The notes beneath the pieces were generated by a model. That model ran no database searches, was not told where the DNA came from, and worked only from the letters and a program-made list of their open reading frames with translations. The position numbers and the translations under genes were made by a program. DNA of 64,000 nucleotides from positions 64,001-128,000 of the IMG/VR virus record IMGVR_UViG_3300037249_001405. One strand, given 5' to 3'. This DNA comes from a virus. Taxonomy: Duplodnaviria > Caudoviricetes. Shown piece by piece: positions 46,432-57,079 of this stretch; position 1 is the stretch's first letter, and each line of letters opens with the position of its first letter.

Positions 46432-48276
46432 ATGGCAAAAAAAAGCCAGAAAACGGAGTTAAAGTTCTCCGAACAATTAAAAACTATTAGAAGGGTTTTT
46501 GGACCATATTTCTTCGGCTTAGGCTGGAAGATCTGGGGTCCAGTACTCCTTCTGTTCGGACTGTCTTTTTATGGGCAGTTCTGGACAATAGTCCGTGGTT
46601 ACCTCCTGGACTTTGTGACGGGAGGTAAAGGACCATTTGCAACGGTGGCTGCGATAGTCATCGGGATAATGGTTCTCACAATGGCAAAAGAGATCACTGA
46701 AATCTCTACTGAGGTAAAACTCAGTAAAGAAATGAGGTGGTCAATTGAGCTATTCAAAAACAAGACCACGGACAAGATCCTAAAAGCTCTTCCTGAGATC
46801 TTCCAAAAATTCAGCTACGCTGATATTTGGGAGCGCTTGAAGAGCGTGTCTGAGATAAATAACTTTGTGGGTGAAGTTCCACGAGTTATTTGTCGAATAA
46901 TCAGAGGAATTATCGCAATAGCATTCATATGCATTGTCGCAAGCCCCTGGTTTGTATTGATATTCGTCATAGAGGCAGTATTCATCTACTACCGTTTCTC
47001 TTGGTACACACCAAGGGAGATTGTCTATGACAATAGACACAAGGACTGGAGCAACACCAAGCACCAGGCCTTGAAGGACACAATTGAACGGTACAAAGAG
47101 ATCCACTTGAATGGGTCTTATAAAGAGACCGTAGACTTTAATCTCAGAAATGCTCTATGGAGTTGGAAAGCCTCCAACGTAGAGAGCATAGCAGAGGCAA
47201 AGTTTTGGTTTCTTACAGGAGCCGTTCTTGTGCTACTAAAGTACTCATTTTACCTGTTCACGTTTTATCTTCTTTCAGAAGGAGCTATTACGGCAGGTAA
47301 TGTTTACGAGATCTTCACATTCCGCAAGGATGCAGAGGACCTCGTATGGGCACTAAAATATGTTTTCACTAAAGTGGTGCCCAAGTACGCTAATACTGCA
47401 ACCCGAGTAGAACAACTTACAGGACTCGGTGAGCAGTATTACGGCTCAGAGAACAAAGATCCTAACTTTGTAGGTCTCAGTCTTAGGAACGTCTACAGTT
47501 CCTATAAAGATCCTAATGACAAAGATAAAAGGGTTGAAGTTCTAAAAGGCGTGAACCTTGAATTTAGAACCGGTCACGTCTATGCAATAGTCGGCAGGTC
47601 TGGCTGTGGTAAATCAACCACTTCAGAGATTATTTGTCGACTGCAGGAGCCTGACCAAGGAGAGATCATCCTTATTAAGAAGGATGGTACAGAGGTCCCT
47701 ATTAAGGAGATCTCAAGAGACCAGATTCCTTCTCATGTAGGAATGGTTCTCCAGACCACACAGCCCCTAAGTGGGTCTTTTGCAGACCAATTTAAATGGA
47801 TCAAAGGCTACTCAAAAGTCAAAATGATCCAGTGCTGCAAAAAGGCCCAACTCCACGACTTTATCATGAGTCTGGAGGACGGGTACGACACCCAGATCGG
47901 TGATCGTGGTCTGAAACTCTCAGGTGGCCAGCGTCAGCGGCTTGCTATTGCTTTGGCTTTGATGCAGAATCCCTGGATTCTCATCCTAGACGAGGCCACA
48001 AGCGCACAGGACGCAAGGACTCAGAAGGAGATCTTCCAATCTCTTACAGAGAACGGAGTATTTGATGGCAAGATTGTCATATTGATAGCTCATAGGCTGT
48101 CAACTGTGACAAACGCTGATAAAATATTCGTACTCGGAGAGGGAGGAACGATTCTTGAAGAGGGTACCTCAACAGAACTCTTCCGTCGTGGTGGTTATTA
48201 CCACGATATGGTGGAAGACGAGGTAGGAGCCCTCAAGGACCTCTTCATTGAAGAGTATAATAAGAAAATGCGGTAG
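46432..48276 (+). CDS. ABC exporter, fused permease + ATPase (MsbA/Atm1-like)
   Basis: N-terminal TM helices; GRSGCGKS, LSGGQRQR, ILDEATSA, IAHRLST; start adjusted to MAKKSQ. Confidence 0.95.
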   Translation: MAKKSQKTELKFSEQLKTIRRVFGPYFFGLGWKIWGPVLLLFGLSFYGQFWTIVRGYLLDFVTGGKGPFATVAAIVIGIMVLTMAKEITEISTEVKLSKEMRWSIELFKNKTTDKILKALPEIFQKFSYADIWERLKSVSEINNFVGEVPRVICRIIRGIIAIAFICIVASPWFVLIFVIEAVFIYYRFSWYTPREIVYDNRHKDWSNTKHQALKDTIERYKEIHLNGSYKETVDFNLRNALWSWKASNVESIAEAKFWFLTGAVLVLLKYSFYLFTFYLLSEGAITAGNVYEIFTFRKDAEDLVWALKYVFTKVVPKYANTATRVEQLTGLGEQYYGSENKDPNFVGLSLRNVYSSYKDPNDKDKRVEVLKGVNLEFRTGHVYAIVGRSGCGKSTTSEIICRLQEPDQGEIILIKKDGTEVPIKEISRDQIPSHVGMVLQTTQPLSGSFADQFKWIKGYSKVKMIQCCKKAQLHDFIMSLEDGYDTQIGDRGLKLSGGQRQRLAIALALMQNPWILILDEATSAQDARTQKEIFQSLTENGVFDGKIVILIAHRLSTVTNADKIFVLGEGGTILEEGTSTELFRRGGYYHDMVEDEVGALKDLFIEEYNKKMR

Positions 48277-48280
48277 AATT

Positions 48281-48327
48281 CACCCCCGGCAAGCTTTTAT
48301 GCTGCCGGGGGTGTTTTTTTTTTTTTG
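48281..48327 (+). terminator. Intrinsic terminator
   Basis: CACCCCCGGCA...TGCCGGGGGTG followed by long T run. Confidence 0.9.
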
Positions 48328-48444
48328 TTCTTGAAATAATACTTTTGCTCATATTTTCCTATTCAATCCTTATGATTGAGCTTAAGGGATTAGAGCTATT
48401 TAAAGTTAATCCTATTATTGTTTAATTTTCCTAAAAAATAAAGA

Positions 48445-49176
48445 ATGGAAAATACAAATCAAAAGATGGATAGTTTGTACGGTAAAATCTATCCTTTCTA
48501 TCTTGAAAATAACCGTCTATCTAATTACCTCGTATACCAGGTTTATTCACCCGGTATCGATAATTCTACTAATCCTTATTTATCACTTAAGTTGATTAGT
48601 GAAAATCTTCCCTTTAACAGCAAGAAGGATAAGATGCCGACAAGAGAAGAACTTATGGCTTATAAGTTCAACGACTTGAAGATCTTCAATTACAGCGTTA
48701 AAGATAACGAATCATCAACAGGAGTCGAACTAGATAACGCAGCGATGGACTCTGTTAGTGAAATGCTAAAGAAATTTAAAGCGGAGTCTGCATCCGACTT
48801 TAAAATTTATCAAGATAAACCGGGAGAATTTCCGAGGTTTACCTTTAATAAATATACTAACGATCCTCAAAAGAGCGTTATTATATATCTCAGAAATTCA
48901 ATTAGATGGACTAAATACAAATTTGCGCCGGGTAGTTTAATAGATGTACTTTGGACTCCTGAGACATTTGTAGTATTTAAGATAGAGGGTACGGATACGG
49001 AGATGTGGCTAACTCCGCAATCAATGTACAAACTCAGTGATTTTGATCTAAAAAATCCTATGTCCGTCAAGAATATTAACTTCACGTCAGAGATTTTCTC
49101 TAGAGAGAAATCTAAAATTAGTGACTTTAATAATGCTATAAAGTTGCTTGAATGGAAATCTTTTGATAGGAAGTAA
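48445..49176 (+). CDS. Hypothetical protein
   Basis: 243-aa ORF. Confidence 0.8.
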   Translation: MENTNQKMDSLYGKIYPFYLENNRLSNYLVYQVYSPGIDNSTNPYLSLKLISENLPFNSKKDKMPTREELMAYKFNDLKIFNYSVKDNESSTGVELDNAAMDSVSEMLKKFKAESASDFKIYQDKPGEFPRFTFNKYTNDPQKSVIIYLRNSIRWTKYKFAPGSLIDVLWTPETFVVFKIEGTDTEMWLTPQSMYKLSDFDLKNPMSVKNINFTSEIFSREKSKISDFNNAIKLLEWKSFDRK

Positions 49177-49242
49177 ATTACAAGCTAAAAAAAAATAGAA
49201 GAACTTATTTAAATAAGTTCTTCTATTTTTTATTCTTCTTTC

Positions 49243-51540
49243 TTAATCTAAATTATTTTCAAATTTAGAAAGAAGTCTCATAAACCAATTCTTTTCCTGT
49301 TTCTCAGGTTCAGATTTAGCTTTCTTCTTGAGAATATCCAAGTAAGTGTCGTCAGACTTGTTTCTACTTTCAAGCTTCTCACGTACTTCCTTTATAAACT
49401 CATCCCCTAATTTCGAATTTTCACTGGTAAAGTCCAATATACATCGTTCCAATTCCTTTTCAGTATAAGAACCTTTTTCAGCAAGATGACTAGCAATCCA
49501 AGCAATCATAGAAGAGTATTTATCTATTTTCTCTTCTACATATTTCTTGATTTCTACTACATTCTCCTGAATCTTGTTCATTATCTCAGGATCATCGAAT
49601 CCAAGTGGAACACCATCAGGTCTTTCCCCTCTACCAAATGCTATAGGAGTTAAATAACCTTCTTTAAAATACGCATAGGAAATTTCATTCCAAATCGTTT
49701 TTATATCACTACTACTTCCAAGAGAACATAATTCTTTTGGAAGTACTTTTCTTTCTGCTATCCAACCACCCATAGCGATTTTAATATCAGAAATAGTTGA
49801 GTCAATATTAGACAAACATCTTCTTTTAATGTCATCAATATTTCTCATACAGAAACCTCCACCATCTGCAGATGAGGTAGTTATAATGCTAGATGGGAGT
49901 TTACCTGTTTCAAGAGCAGTCATTACAGCATGACCTAACTCATGAACAGCTTTTAGATATCTGTTAGGGTCATTCTTAGGGTTTCTTAATTTACCTAAAC
50001 AGAGTGGATAAGTAATATCTTTCTCTCTAAAATTACCCTGATCATCCGTAATCTTAATGTGAATAGTTGCACTATCACATTTAAACTCTGGATCATCTGA
50101 ATTAAGCTCTATATCAGCCTTATTAAACTTCCAATTAAGATTGCTTTCTCTTAGACCGTTTATTTCTCCGAAAACAAACCCGAAGGCTGAGACGGTAGAA
50201 AGAACTGGTCTAATTCCTTGTGTTGGAAATACTCCTTCATAATAAAGAAGATCAAGGATATTAGGTGAATAATTAATCACCATATTGGAGCTAACAGAGA
50301 AACAAGCTACATCATTTTCCCAGTATCTCTTAATGATCTGTTTAAAAGTATCTTTAGAGAATGCTGGATATATGATATAGTTATTACCAAACCTAGCTAA
50401 TTGTTCTGACCTGAATCTTGTCAAAAGAGCATGCTTAACATCATTTACATTAACGTCCTTTGTAAGTCTGTGAAATACATCAGCATCTACATCAGGATCC
50501 AAATCCTTTGACATACTAAAAGCTTCATCAAGGTTACCAATCAAGAAAATGACTGATTTTCTGAAGCTGATATGATGTGGAGAATTTATAAACTCAATTA
50601 TTTTGCTAAGAGTTTCGCAATACTCCTTTAATGTCTGCTTTCTAGTTATTGATGTTAAAAACTGTTCAACTTTGTTAGGAGTTGATAACTCATTAAGGGC
50701 GGATCTCATATCTTCCCTAACTCTAAATGGAGCCATTGAAAGAGTTATAGTATCTTCATCATCTGGATCTGCGTTTGGGACGATTTCAAATGTAAGATCT
50801 ATTATTCTTTCAAATGATTTTTCAGAATCTTGATAAAAAGAGTTTAACTCACCAATAGGTTTAAATTCTTTTTCCTCATTGCTGTCTGGTTTAGATAAAA
50901 TAGATAAACTTTTTCTTTGATCTGAAACAAATTTTAACTTTATTAATGTATCAACAACACCTTTGTCTGTTGTTAATGCATTCTCAACAATTGCATCAGG
51001 ATGATAAGGAAGTACATACTTCGTTAATACTTGAAGACATTTTTCGTAACGTGCCTTATCACTAGCTCCTGTAGGAATATAGTCCACATAACCGTTATCA
51101 ATAATCTTATAAAGTTCATTGAATTCCGAGTCTTGTTCGTTACCATCCTCATTCTTTGTTCTAAGTTGCTGAATTTCATCAATTATCAGAATTGAATCCT
51201 CAGGGACATCGGTTATTGATTTAAAATTATCCCAATCAGCAAAACCTAAGCTTTGAAGAAGTACCTTAGCTGGCCTTGTATCATGACTTGATTTTGTACT
51301 AACTCCAATAGGTACGTTTGTAGTACGATCCTGTAGGTTTAGTAATTCAATCATTCTTGTAATGACGGAAGTCTTACCTACACCTGTCATACCAAAAATA
51401 GGTACAACAATAGGTCTGACAATATTATCATTCCAAGAAGCCATTATATTGATGAGTTTATCAATTATTTCATCAATACCAATAAATTCTGATTTTAATT
51501 GAGCACTTACTTGCTCTAATTTGGCTTTTGGTATATTCAT
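49243..51540 (-). CDS. Soluble AAA+ ATPase fused to M41 (FtsH-type) peptidase
   Basis: GMTGVGKT, IIDEIQ; AVHELGHAV, MGGWIAE, GSSSDI; no TM segment. Confidence 0.88.
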   Translation of the reverse strand: MNIPKAKLEQVSAQLKSEFIGIDEIIDKLINIMASWNDNIVRPIVVPIFGMTGVGKTSVITRMIELLNLQDRTTNVPIGVSTKSSHDTRPAKVLLQSLGFADWDNFKSITDVPEDSILIIDEIQQLRTKNEDGNEQDSEFNELYKIIDNGYVDYIPTGASDKARYEKCLQVLTKYVLPYHPDAIVENALTTDKGVVDTLIKLKFVSDQRKSLSILSKPDSNEEKEFKPIGELNSFYQDSEKSFERIIDLTFEIVPNADPDDEDTITLSMAPFRVREDMRSALNELSTPNKVEQFLTSITRKQTLKEYCETLSKIIEFINSPHHISFRKSVIFLIGNLDEAFSMSKDLDPDVDADVFHRLTKDVNVNDVKHALLTRFRSEQLARFGNNYIIYPAFSKDTFKQIIKRYWENDVACFSVSSNMVINYSPNILDLLYYEGVFPTQGIRPVLSTVSAFGFVFGEINGLRESNLNWKFNKADIELNSDDPEFKCDSATIHIKITDDQGNFREKDITYPLCLGKLRNPKNDPNRYLKAVHELGHAVMTALETGKLPSSIITTSSADGGGFCMRNIDDIKRRCLSNIDSTISDIKIAMGGWIAERKVLPKELCSLGSSSDIKTIWNEISYAYFKEGYLTPIAFGRGERPDGVPLGFDDPEIMNKIQENVVEIKKYVEEKIDKYSSMIAWIASHLAEKGSYTEKELERCILDFTSENSKLGDEFIKEVREKLESRNKSDDTYLDILKKKAKSEPEKQEKNWFMRLLSKFENNLD

Positions 51541-51555
51541 AATATTTATGTAATA

Positions 51556-51972
51556 TTAAACTAAGTTCCTGAAAAGATCCATAACATCGTTTCTTAATTC
51601 TGCTCCTGTTATGAATGTTATTGTGTATTGTCCTGGAAATAGTTCGTTATTTGTAGGTAGCTGACAAAGATCTGTACCACCCACATTGATAGATCTACTT
51701 TCCGTGACAATATAAGGATTGTCTTCTTTATTCGTTTTTACCATAGTAAACTTATAAGAAGGTCCTTTTATTACTATTCCTGTTTTATCTTCATTTGTTT
51801 TATTTTGTTCAGATATATAATGATACTCTACCTGAACCTGATCTTTTGCTTCTGTAATAAATCTTTGAAGATAAAATGCCTCTATATTCAAATCATCTCT
51901 TTTAGAATATTCTACGATTTTTTCGTAGAGAGGCTCCCCTGAACTTAAAAATAGATTAAATTTTTCTGACAT
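51556..51972 (-). CDS. Hypothetical protein
   Basis: 138-aa ORF. Confidence 0.75.
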   Translation of the reverse strand: MSEKFNLFLSSGEPLYEKIVEYSKRDDLNIEAFYLQRFITEAKDQVQVEYHYISEQNKTNEDKTGIVIKGPSYKFTMVKTNKEDNPYIVTESRSINVGGTDLCQLPTNNELFPGQYTITFITGAELRNDVMDLFRNLV

Positions 51973-52085
51973 TTTTTATACTTTTTATTCTTTTATTAGA
52001 TTTTTAAGGGTTATTCTTCTAATTTATTAAATTTCGATAAAACCGTTAAATACTTATTATTGAAAATTTAATTAATAAAAATAAA

Positions 52086-52460
52086 ATGTATAAATTAAAA
52101 ATACCAAAAATAGAAGAGGACAAGGTTGAACTTTATTATGAGGACAAACTTGTTGGATACGTTAATTTAGTACAAGCATTAACTATCAGGAATGATATAA
52201 AAAAATATATCAGAAAAACTGGAGATAGATCTGTATTAGATAAAATCTATCTAGTAGGTCACGAATATTCAATTCACAATAATATGGGTAAAAATAAAAT
52301 AAAAATTACTCTAAATGATAATTGTGACTTTAGCACTACCTGCTGGGAATTTGGTCAAGCAGGTAGACTATCATATGAATTTATTCAATTAGAAAAAGAG
52401 GATAGAAAATGCGCAACCTCAAAGCCATCATCGAAGCCAACGACAACGGCGAAACCTTGA
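52086..52460 (+). CDS. Hypothetical protein
   Basis: 124 aa after promoter motif at ~52048. Confidence 0.75.
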   Translation: MYKLKIPKIEEDKVELYYEDKLVGYVNLVQALTIRNDIKKYIRKTGDRSVLDKIYLVGHEYSIHNNMGKNKIKITLNDNCDFSTTCWEFGQAGRLSYEFIQLEKEDRKCATSKPSSKPTTTAKP

Positions 52461-52645
52461 CAGATGATGAATTACTAGTTCTTATGGATTATCTCTGTAA
52501 GACTAATGAACTAGCTCTTAAAAAATCTCTTCTACTTCCTCAACTTTTTAACGAAGAGGATTTAGATAGACAACGAAAATCACTAGAACTTCTTTTAGAT
52601 TTGAAAAACAATTTAATAAGAAAAAGAAATGAAACTAAGAACTAA
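52409..52645 (+). CDS. Hypothetical protein
   Basis: 78-aa ORF in operon. Confidence 0.65.
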   Translation: MRNLKAIIEANDNGETLTDDELLVLMDYLCKTNELALKKSLLLPQLFNEEDLDRQRKSLELLLDLKNNLIRKRNETKN

Positions 52646-52865
52646 ATTTATGAGGATGTCCGGTTTTGGTCATCTTTGTTTATTGCCCCATATAGATATT
52701 TCGATGAGCTATTCAATGCCTACTATAATATTTGAGTGGTGGGTATTTAGATTTGATCTCGAAATCTGGGCTAAATTACCAAACTGGATGATGAAAATTT
52801 GGGATGTAATAACTCTTAATATACTCGATTATAAGTCAAAGAATGAAGATGAAGAAGATGATTAG
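52629..52865 (+). CDS. Hypothetical protein
   Basis: 78-aa ORF in operon. Confidence 0.65.
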   Translation: MKLRTKFMRMSGFGHLCLLPHIDISMSYSMPTIIFEWWVFRFDLEIWAKLPNWMMKIWDVITLNILDYKSKNEDEEDD

Positions 52866-53355
52866 TATTGATTCTGCTCGAGTAATTAGGCGTGGTAAAG
52901 AGATGCTTGATCTATATAGGTGCGTATTTAAAGAGCCAATTATTGATAGAGTTCGTTTGCTTAATTTCTCTGGGTTCTATACATGGGCTGTAATAACTAA
53001 TAAACTCAAAAATTTTAGCGAAAAGCTAGAAAATGATGAAGATTGCATAGACTTTATCAGAGATATAGAAATAGGAATGCGTATTTATTACGAGACTGAT
53101 ATAACACCTCAGTTCTTAGAGGATACTTATGATCTTCTCTTATGTTTCCCCTATACTCCGTGGTCAATGTTGGGAATGTTGACTAGGGATTATAACCAAA
53201 GCCAGACATATGGGTCTTCTACTATAGAAGCCGTTAGAAATAGGTGGATGGAATTTGATATTCATGATGAAACTGATTCAGATAGTTATACTAAAGCTGT
53301 TGTAAAAATAAAACTTTATTACGCTGAGACATTTAAAGACTATCTGAAGAAGTAA
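52843..53355 (+). CDS. Hypothetical protein
   Basis: 170-aa ORF followed by terminator. Confidence 0.75.
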   Translation: MKMKKMISIDSARVIRRGKEMLDLYRCVFKEPIIDRVRLLNFSGFYTWAVITNKLKNFSEKLENDEDCIDFIRDIEIGMRIYYETDITPQFLEDTYDLLLCFPYTPWSMLGMLTRDYNQSQTYGSSTIEAVRNRWMEFDIHDETDSDSYTKAVVKIKLYYAETFKDYLKK

Positions 53356-53522
53356 AAAAAAAATAGATAATGATACGTAAAAAATATCATTATCTATTTT
53401 TCATTTTGCACTAAATATAATCAGTTAGCATAAAATGAAATTTATCATTTTCGAAGTAGATTTGACCACAATCAGTGTAGTTGGTAAATCCAGCTTCTCG
53501 ATATAGATCGATTGTAATAGGA

Positions 53523-54590
53523 CTAATACTTAACATCAACTGATTCATTAAAGTTAAATAATTCCTTCTCTCCCCAGATATGCTCTGGTTCAAGTTCATC
53601 ATCATATCCTAAGTCATTTACAAAGGATGTGTTGTATGAATATTTGTTGAAGTAAGCATTTCTCTTAATAAGTTTACAAGACTCATTAAGCTTAGTAATT
53701 ACCTCAGCAGGTATGTGCTTCGGTATAACAGTAGTCTTAGCCGAGAGTTCCTCAAGCTTATTTTTCTTTTCAATAAGCATTTCGAGAAGCTCGTTGGCTG
53801 AGTATTTGTTGTTATACTTTATTTCTTTAAGCCAATTAGCATCAATACCTTCTCGATTGATTCTTAAAGGTATGATTGATCCGGCTTTTTCAGATTCCTC
53901 AATACACTGGATGCAGGTATTATAGACCCTAAATGCATGTTGAACATGCTTCGGATTTTTTACCTCTCCAGTTTTGAGATCCATGTCACTTTTTACAACC
54001 TCACCAACCCATTGTTTAGTTTTTGAGTTGTAAGAAATGAATCCCTTCGTGTTATTGAAGGTATCTTTTGAAATGAATTTCTCCGGATGAACAAAGATCC
54101 ACCAAAGATAAATACTCGGAGTCCTTTTCATCTCATTAACAAAGTAGGGTAAGTGAGCGACTTGACCTCTTTTTCGGTTATTGTCGTAGTACTCTACTTT
54201 ATTAAGGATAGCTGACCTGTCAGTTGGATTATCAAGCTTAACAATGTCGTCGAACTTGATAATATCAGTAGGATCAGTTATTGGATTACGATAAACGCCT
54301 CCTGCAAGTAGTACGTGTATCATCTCAACTGCATCCCAGTTTCCCTTGGAGAGCAGTTCACGGAAACGATCAAGACCATAAGATACGTGATCATTTCCAG
54401 CTAAGGATGCCTTATCCTGGGTTAGTTCAGGATAATCCATCCATTCTGGATTAAAATGGATACTTTTAGTATCAGTATCCGAATCTTCTCTGCTAGTTCC
54501 TTGTGTCCTGGAACCAGCTTCCAAAATTGCTACCGCATTACCCCACACATTTTTGTGGAATTCTGCAGTAGTTTTGTATTCTACAGTCAT
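53523..54590 (-). CDS. Pol-beta-superfamily nucleotidyltransferase (RlaP/YcgL-like)
   Basis: GSRTQGTSREDSDTD motif; C-terminal KHVQHAFRV...WLKEIK. Confidence 0.8.
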   Translation of the reverse strand: MTVEYKTTAEFHKNVWGNAVAILEAGSRTQGTSREDSDTDTKSIHFNPEWMDYPELTQDKASLAGNDHVSYGLDRFRELLSKGNWDAVEMIHVLLAGGVYRNPITDPTDIIKFDDIVKLDNPTDRSAILNKVEYYDNNRKRGQVAHLPYFVNEMKRTPSIYLWWIFVHPEKFISKDTFNNTKGFISYNSKTKQWVGEVVKSDMDLKTGEVKNPKHVQHAFRVYNTCIQCIEESEKAGSIIPLRINREGIDANWLKEIKYNNKYSANELLEMLIEKKNKLEELSAKTTVIPKHIPAEVITKLNESCKLIKRNAYFNKYSYNTSFVNDLGYDDELEPEHIWGEKELFNFNESVDVKY

Positions 54591-54610
54591 AATGTATAGT
54601 TTTTTAAGTG

Positions 54611-54686
54611 TTAATAAATTGTGAAAAATAAAAAGAAGGGAATATAAACAGTTAAGTTTATATTCCCTTCAGTATTAAGGGTTTAA
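54611..54686 (-). promoter_or_regulatory. Promoter-hairpin-U-tract leader, copy 6
   Basis: AAACCCTTAATACTG; GAAGGGAATATAAAC/GTTTATATTCCCTTC; TTTTTATTTTTC. Confidence 0.8.
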
Positions 54687-55157
54687 AGGGTCAGTTACAG
54701 GTAATTCACTACGTAACCAACAAACAACACCCTCAATATTCCAGCCACCAGGACCAAAAACTTCTGCATCTGATCTTGGATCGGGTCTATGAGCTATTAC
54801 GGGTTTAGCTAAACCATTAGGATATACCAGCATAGCTACAACTTCAACATCATAGTCAGGTAATTCCTCATCACCTAAAGCACTAATCCACCGAATGGAT
54901 TTTGCTTTTTTAATTTTTCTTTTATGGATTTCATACATAATCCAAATTACTAAAAGAATAATTGGTGATAATATTAATGTAATAGAACTTATTACAAAGA
55001 ATACTATACTACCTATAAATACTGTATAAGTAGTATTAATAAACGATTTCGGTTTAAACGAATAATCATCACTTATCTGTATTTCGTCATCTTCGAAATC
55101 TTTTAATTGGAAATTAAATAAGTCAAGTAATGTTTCTGTTCCCATTTTACTACTCAT
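54675..55157 (-). CDS. Membrane protein with small C-terminal phage domain
   Basis: Long hydrophobic stretch, then WIS...LP...W motif. Confidence 0.7.
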   Translation of the reverse strand: MSSKMGTETLLDLFNFQLKDFEDDEIQISDDYSFKPKSFINTTYTVFIGSIVFFVISSITLILSPIILLVIWIMYEIHKRKIKKAKSIRWISALGDEELPDYDVEVVAMLVYPNGLAKPVIAHRPDPRSDAEVFGPGGWNIEGVVCWLRSELPVTDPLNP

Positions 55158-55752
55158 TTAATAATTCAATAAAATGATTTTCCATGTTAAAAAGAATTCT
55201 AATATCTTCATTTCTTTCTCCATTTTTGAGAAAGTTTATAGTAGACCTTAGACAATCTTCATTATATCCCTCGGTTGGAATATAAACTAGCTTTGCTTGA
55301 ATAACTCCATCATATAATAAAAAGAGTATATAAACGCCAGGAATAAGCTTATCTGCTCTATTGGATAAATATACCCTCTTAAAACAGAACTTATCTCCAT
55401 TTTCTTTCCTCATATCCTGACGAAGGATCCAAGCAAAATTACAATAAGCTTGAGCTAATTCGGCAGGAGACCGGAATAATCTAAAGCTATCACTTCTTCG
55501 CGTAATTTTCATGCGGTGAGTATGTCTCTGTTCTCCGCCCTCAGCAATAAAAATATTATCACCAAGAGAAATATTTGACCATGAGAACAGCAAACAAGCT
55601 GCGAATTGATTAACCTCATCACTCGTAATAAATGTATTGGAGTATGAACTTCCATTCAATTCTAGCGTAAATACCTCAGATACAGTATGAGATAACCCTG
55701 GTATTTTCTGAAATATCTCAGAGTCGATAGTATAAATGTATCTACCTGTCAT
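55150..55752 (-). CDS. Hypothetical protein
   Basis: 200-aa ORF. Confidence 0.8.
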   Translation of the reverse strand: MTGRYIYTIDSEIFQKIPGLSHTVSEVFTLELNGSSYSNTFITSDEVNQFAACLLFSWSNISLGDNIFIAEGGEQRHTHRMKITRRSDSFRLFRSPAELAQAYCNFAWILRQDMRKENGDKFCFKRVYLSNRADKLIPGVYILFLLYDGVIQAKLVYIPTEGYNEDCLRSTINFLKNGERNEDIRILFNMENHFIELLNE

Positions 55753-55770
55753 TTTTTGTAGTTTTATAAT

Positions 55771-55844
55771 TAATTAATATCTAGAAAAATAAAATGAAGA
55801 GAATATAATAAATTATTTATATTCTCTCCTATATTTAGGATTTT
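55771..55844 (-). promoter_or_regulatory. Promoter-hairpin-U-tract leader, copy 7
   Basis: AAAATCCTAAATATAG; GAGAGAATATAA/TTATATTCTCTT; ATTTTATTTTTCTAGATATTAAT. Confidence 0.8.
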
Positions 55845-55857
55845 AAGGGAGCAAAAA

Positions 55858-56662
55858 AAAACAACCCTGAGACTGTCGGGTTGTAATGAGTTCATTCACC
55901 AAGGTTGGCCTCGGTACGTCACACGCATATTTCTACACGTAGAGCTCAATGGCAGTTTGATAAGGTTCAAACCTAAACCTTTACTTTCATGCTAATAATT
56001 TCACCTTTCGCACCTAGTCGCCCTGGAAAGGCGTGCAGGAGATCCCTCCCCTTACCATGATGTTAATCCGCTACTCTTCAGCTACTTTCCTTGCGGTACT
56101 CGTAACTGCCCCCATTTTGCAGAGGGATAAGCCATTTTTCGCATAAAAGTGTGGTCACACTTTTGCTTTTTAAAGGAAATTCATTAATTTTCTTTTTTGT
56201 GTTTCCGGAAATAGCCATCCGGTAGCGGCAGTGAGAGTGTGGTGACCACTTTTTGTAGTTCTCTCCCTTTTGAGGAAAGCCCACTACGACACTCTCTAAG
56301 ACGACCTTTTGCATCAGTCATCTCTTTAACAGCATCTTATCAAGTTTGGTTAGTTTACTTGATCTCAACTGTTAATGATACACGCACTTGGTTGCTTATG
56401 CCTCGTACATAGTATCTCCGTGATTGTAAGAGCTATTTCTAACTCTTGCTCCCATTTCAGGAAGCTACACCCATCTTTTCGAACTCTTTGGGGATTCGAA
56501 CCTTCCCCAGATGAATGCAGTCATCATCGTTCCCTTCAATAGCTAGCTATTTTCATAACTAGTGGTGATCCTTGCCGGGGCCACCATTTATGCCCATTGC
56601 TGGGTTTATCCTTTGATTCAGTCGCTGAGGGCACGGCTGCCAGAATGTTTCCACTCTGGTAA
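55858..56662 (-). ncRNA. Probable GOLLD RNA (~800 nt)
   Basis: Dense hairpins, no credible ORF, downstream of tRNAs; AAAAGCAAAAGTGT...GCAGTTACGAGTACCGCAAGGAAAGTAGC...GAGTAG and 3' GTCTCAG recalled as GOLLD-like. Confidence 0.7.
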
Positions 56663-56797
56663 ATTTTTTGTAGTTTTATTTTTTTATTCTCTTTTAAGAA
56701 ATATAGGCCTTTTGAACCGACCTTTTTTCTTTTCAAGAAAAAGAAAACCCACTCGTCTCTGCGCTAACAGACTACGAGTGGGAAAAACTACTTCGTG

Positions 56798-56870
<73 letters not shown>

Positions 56871-56898
56871 ATATTTATTTTTTTTTTTATTTCTTTAG

Positions 56899-56971
56899 TC
56901 GGGGTGGCCAGGCTCGAACTGACGACCTCAGCGTCCCAAACGCCGCGCGCTACCAACTGCGCTACACCCCG
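56899..56971 (-). tRNA. trnP: tRNA-Pro(TGG)
   Basis: CGGCG-TTTGGGA-CGCTG. Confidence 0.95.
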
Positions 56972-57005
56972 AAATAAATATTTATTAAATAGTTTTCTTT
57001 ATTGT

Positions 57006-57022
57006 GTCGTATATAAGGATTT
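57006..57022 (-). promoter_or_regulatory. Promoter motif for tRNA-Pro/tRNA-Met/GOLLD unit
   Basis: CCAAAATCCTTATATACGA. Confidence 0.6.
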
Positions 57023-57079
57023 TGGTCCTTTTTAACCTCCCTATTTTTATTTTTGATAAAATAAAAAAAGAAGAAGATT

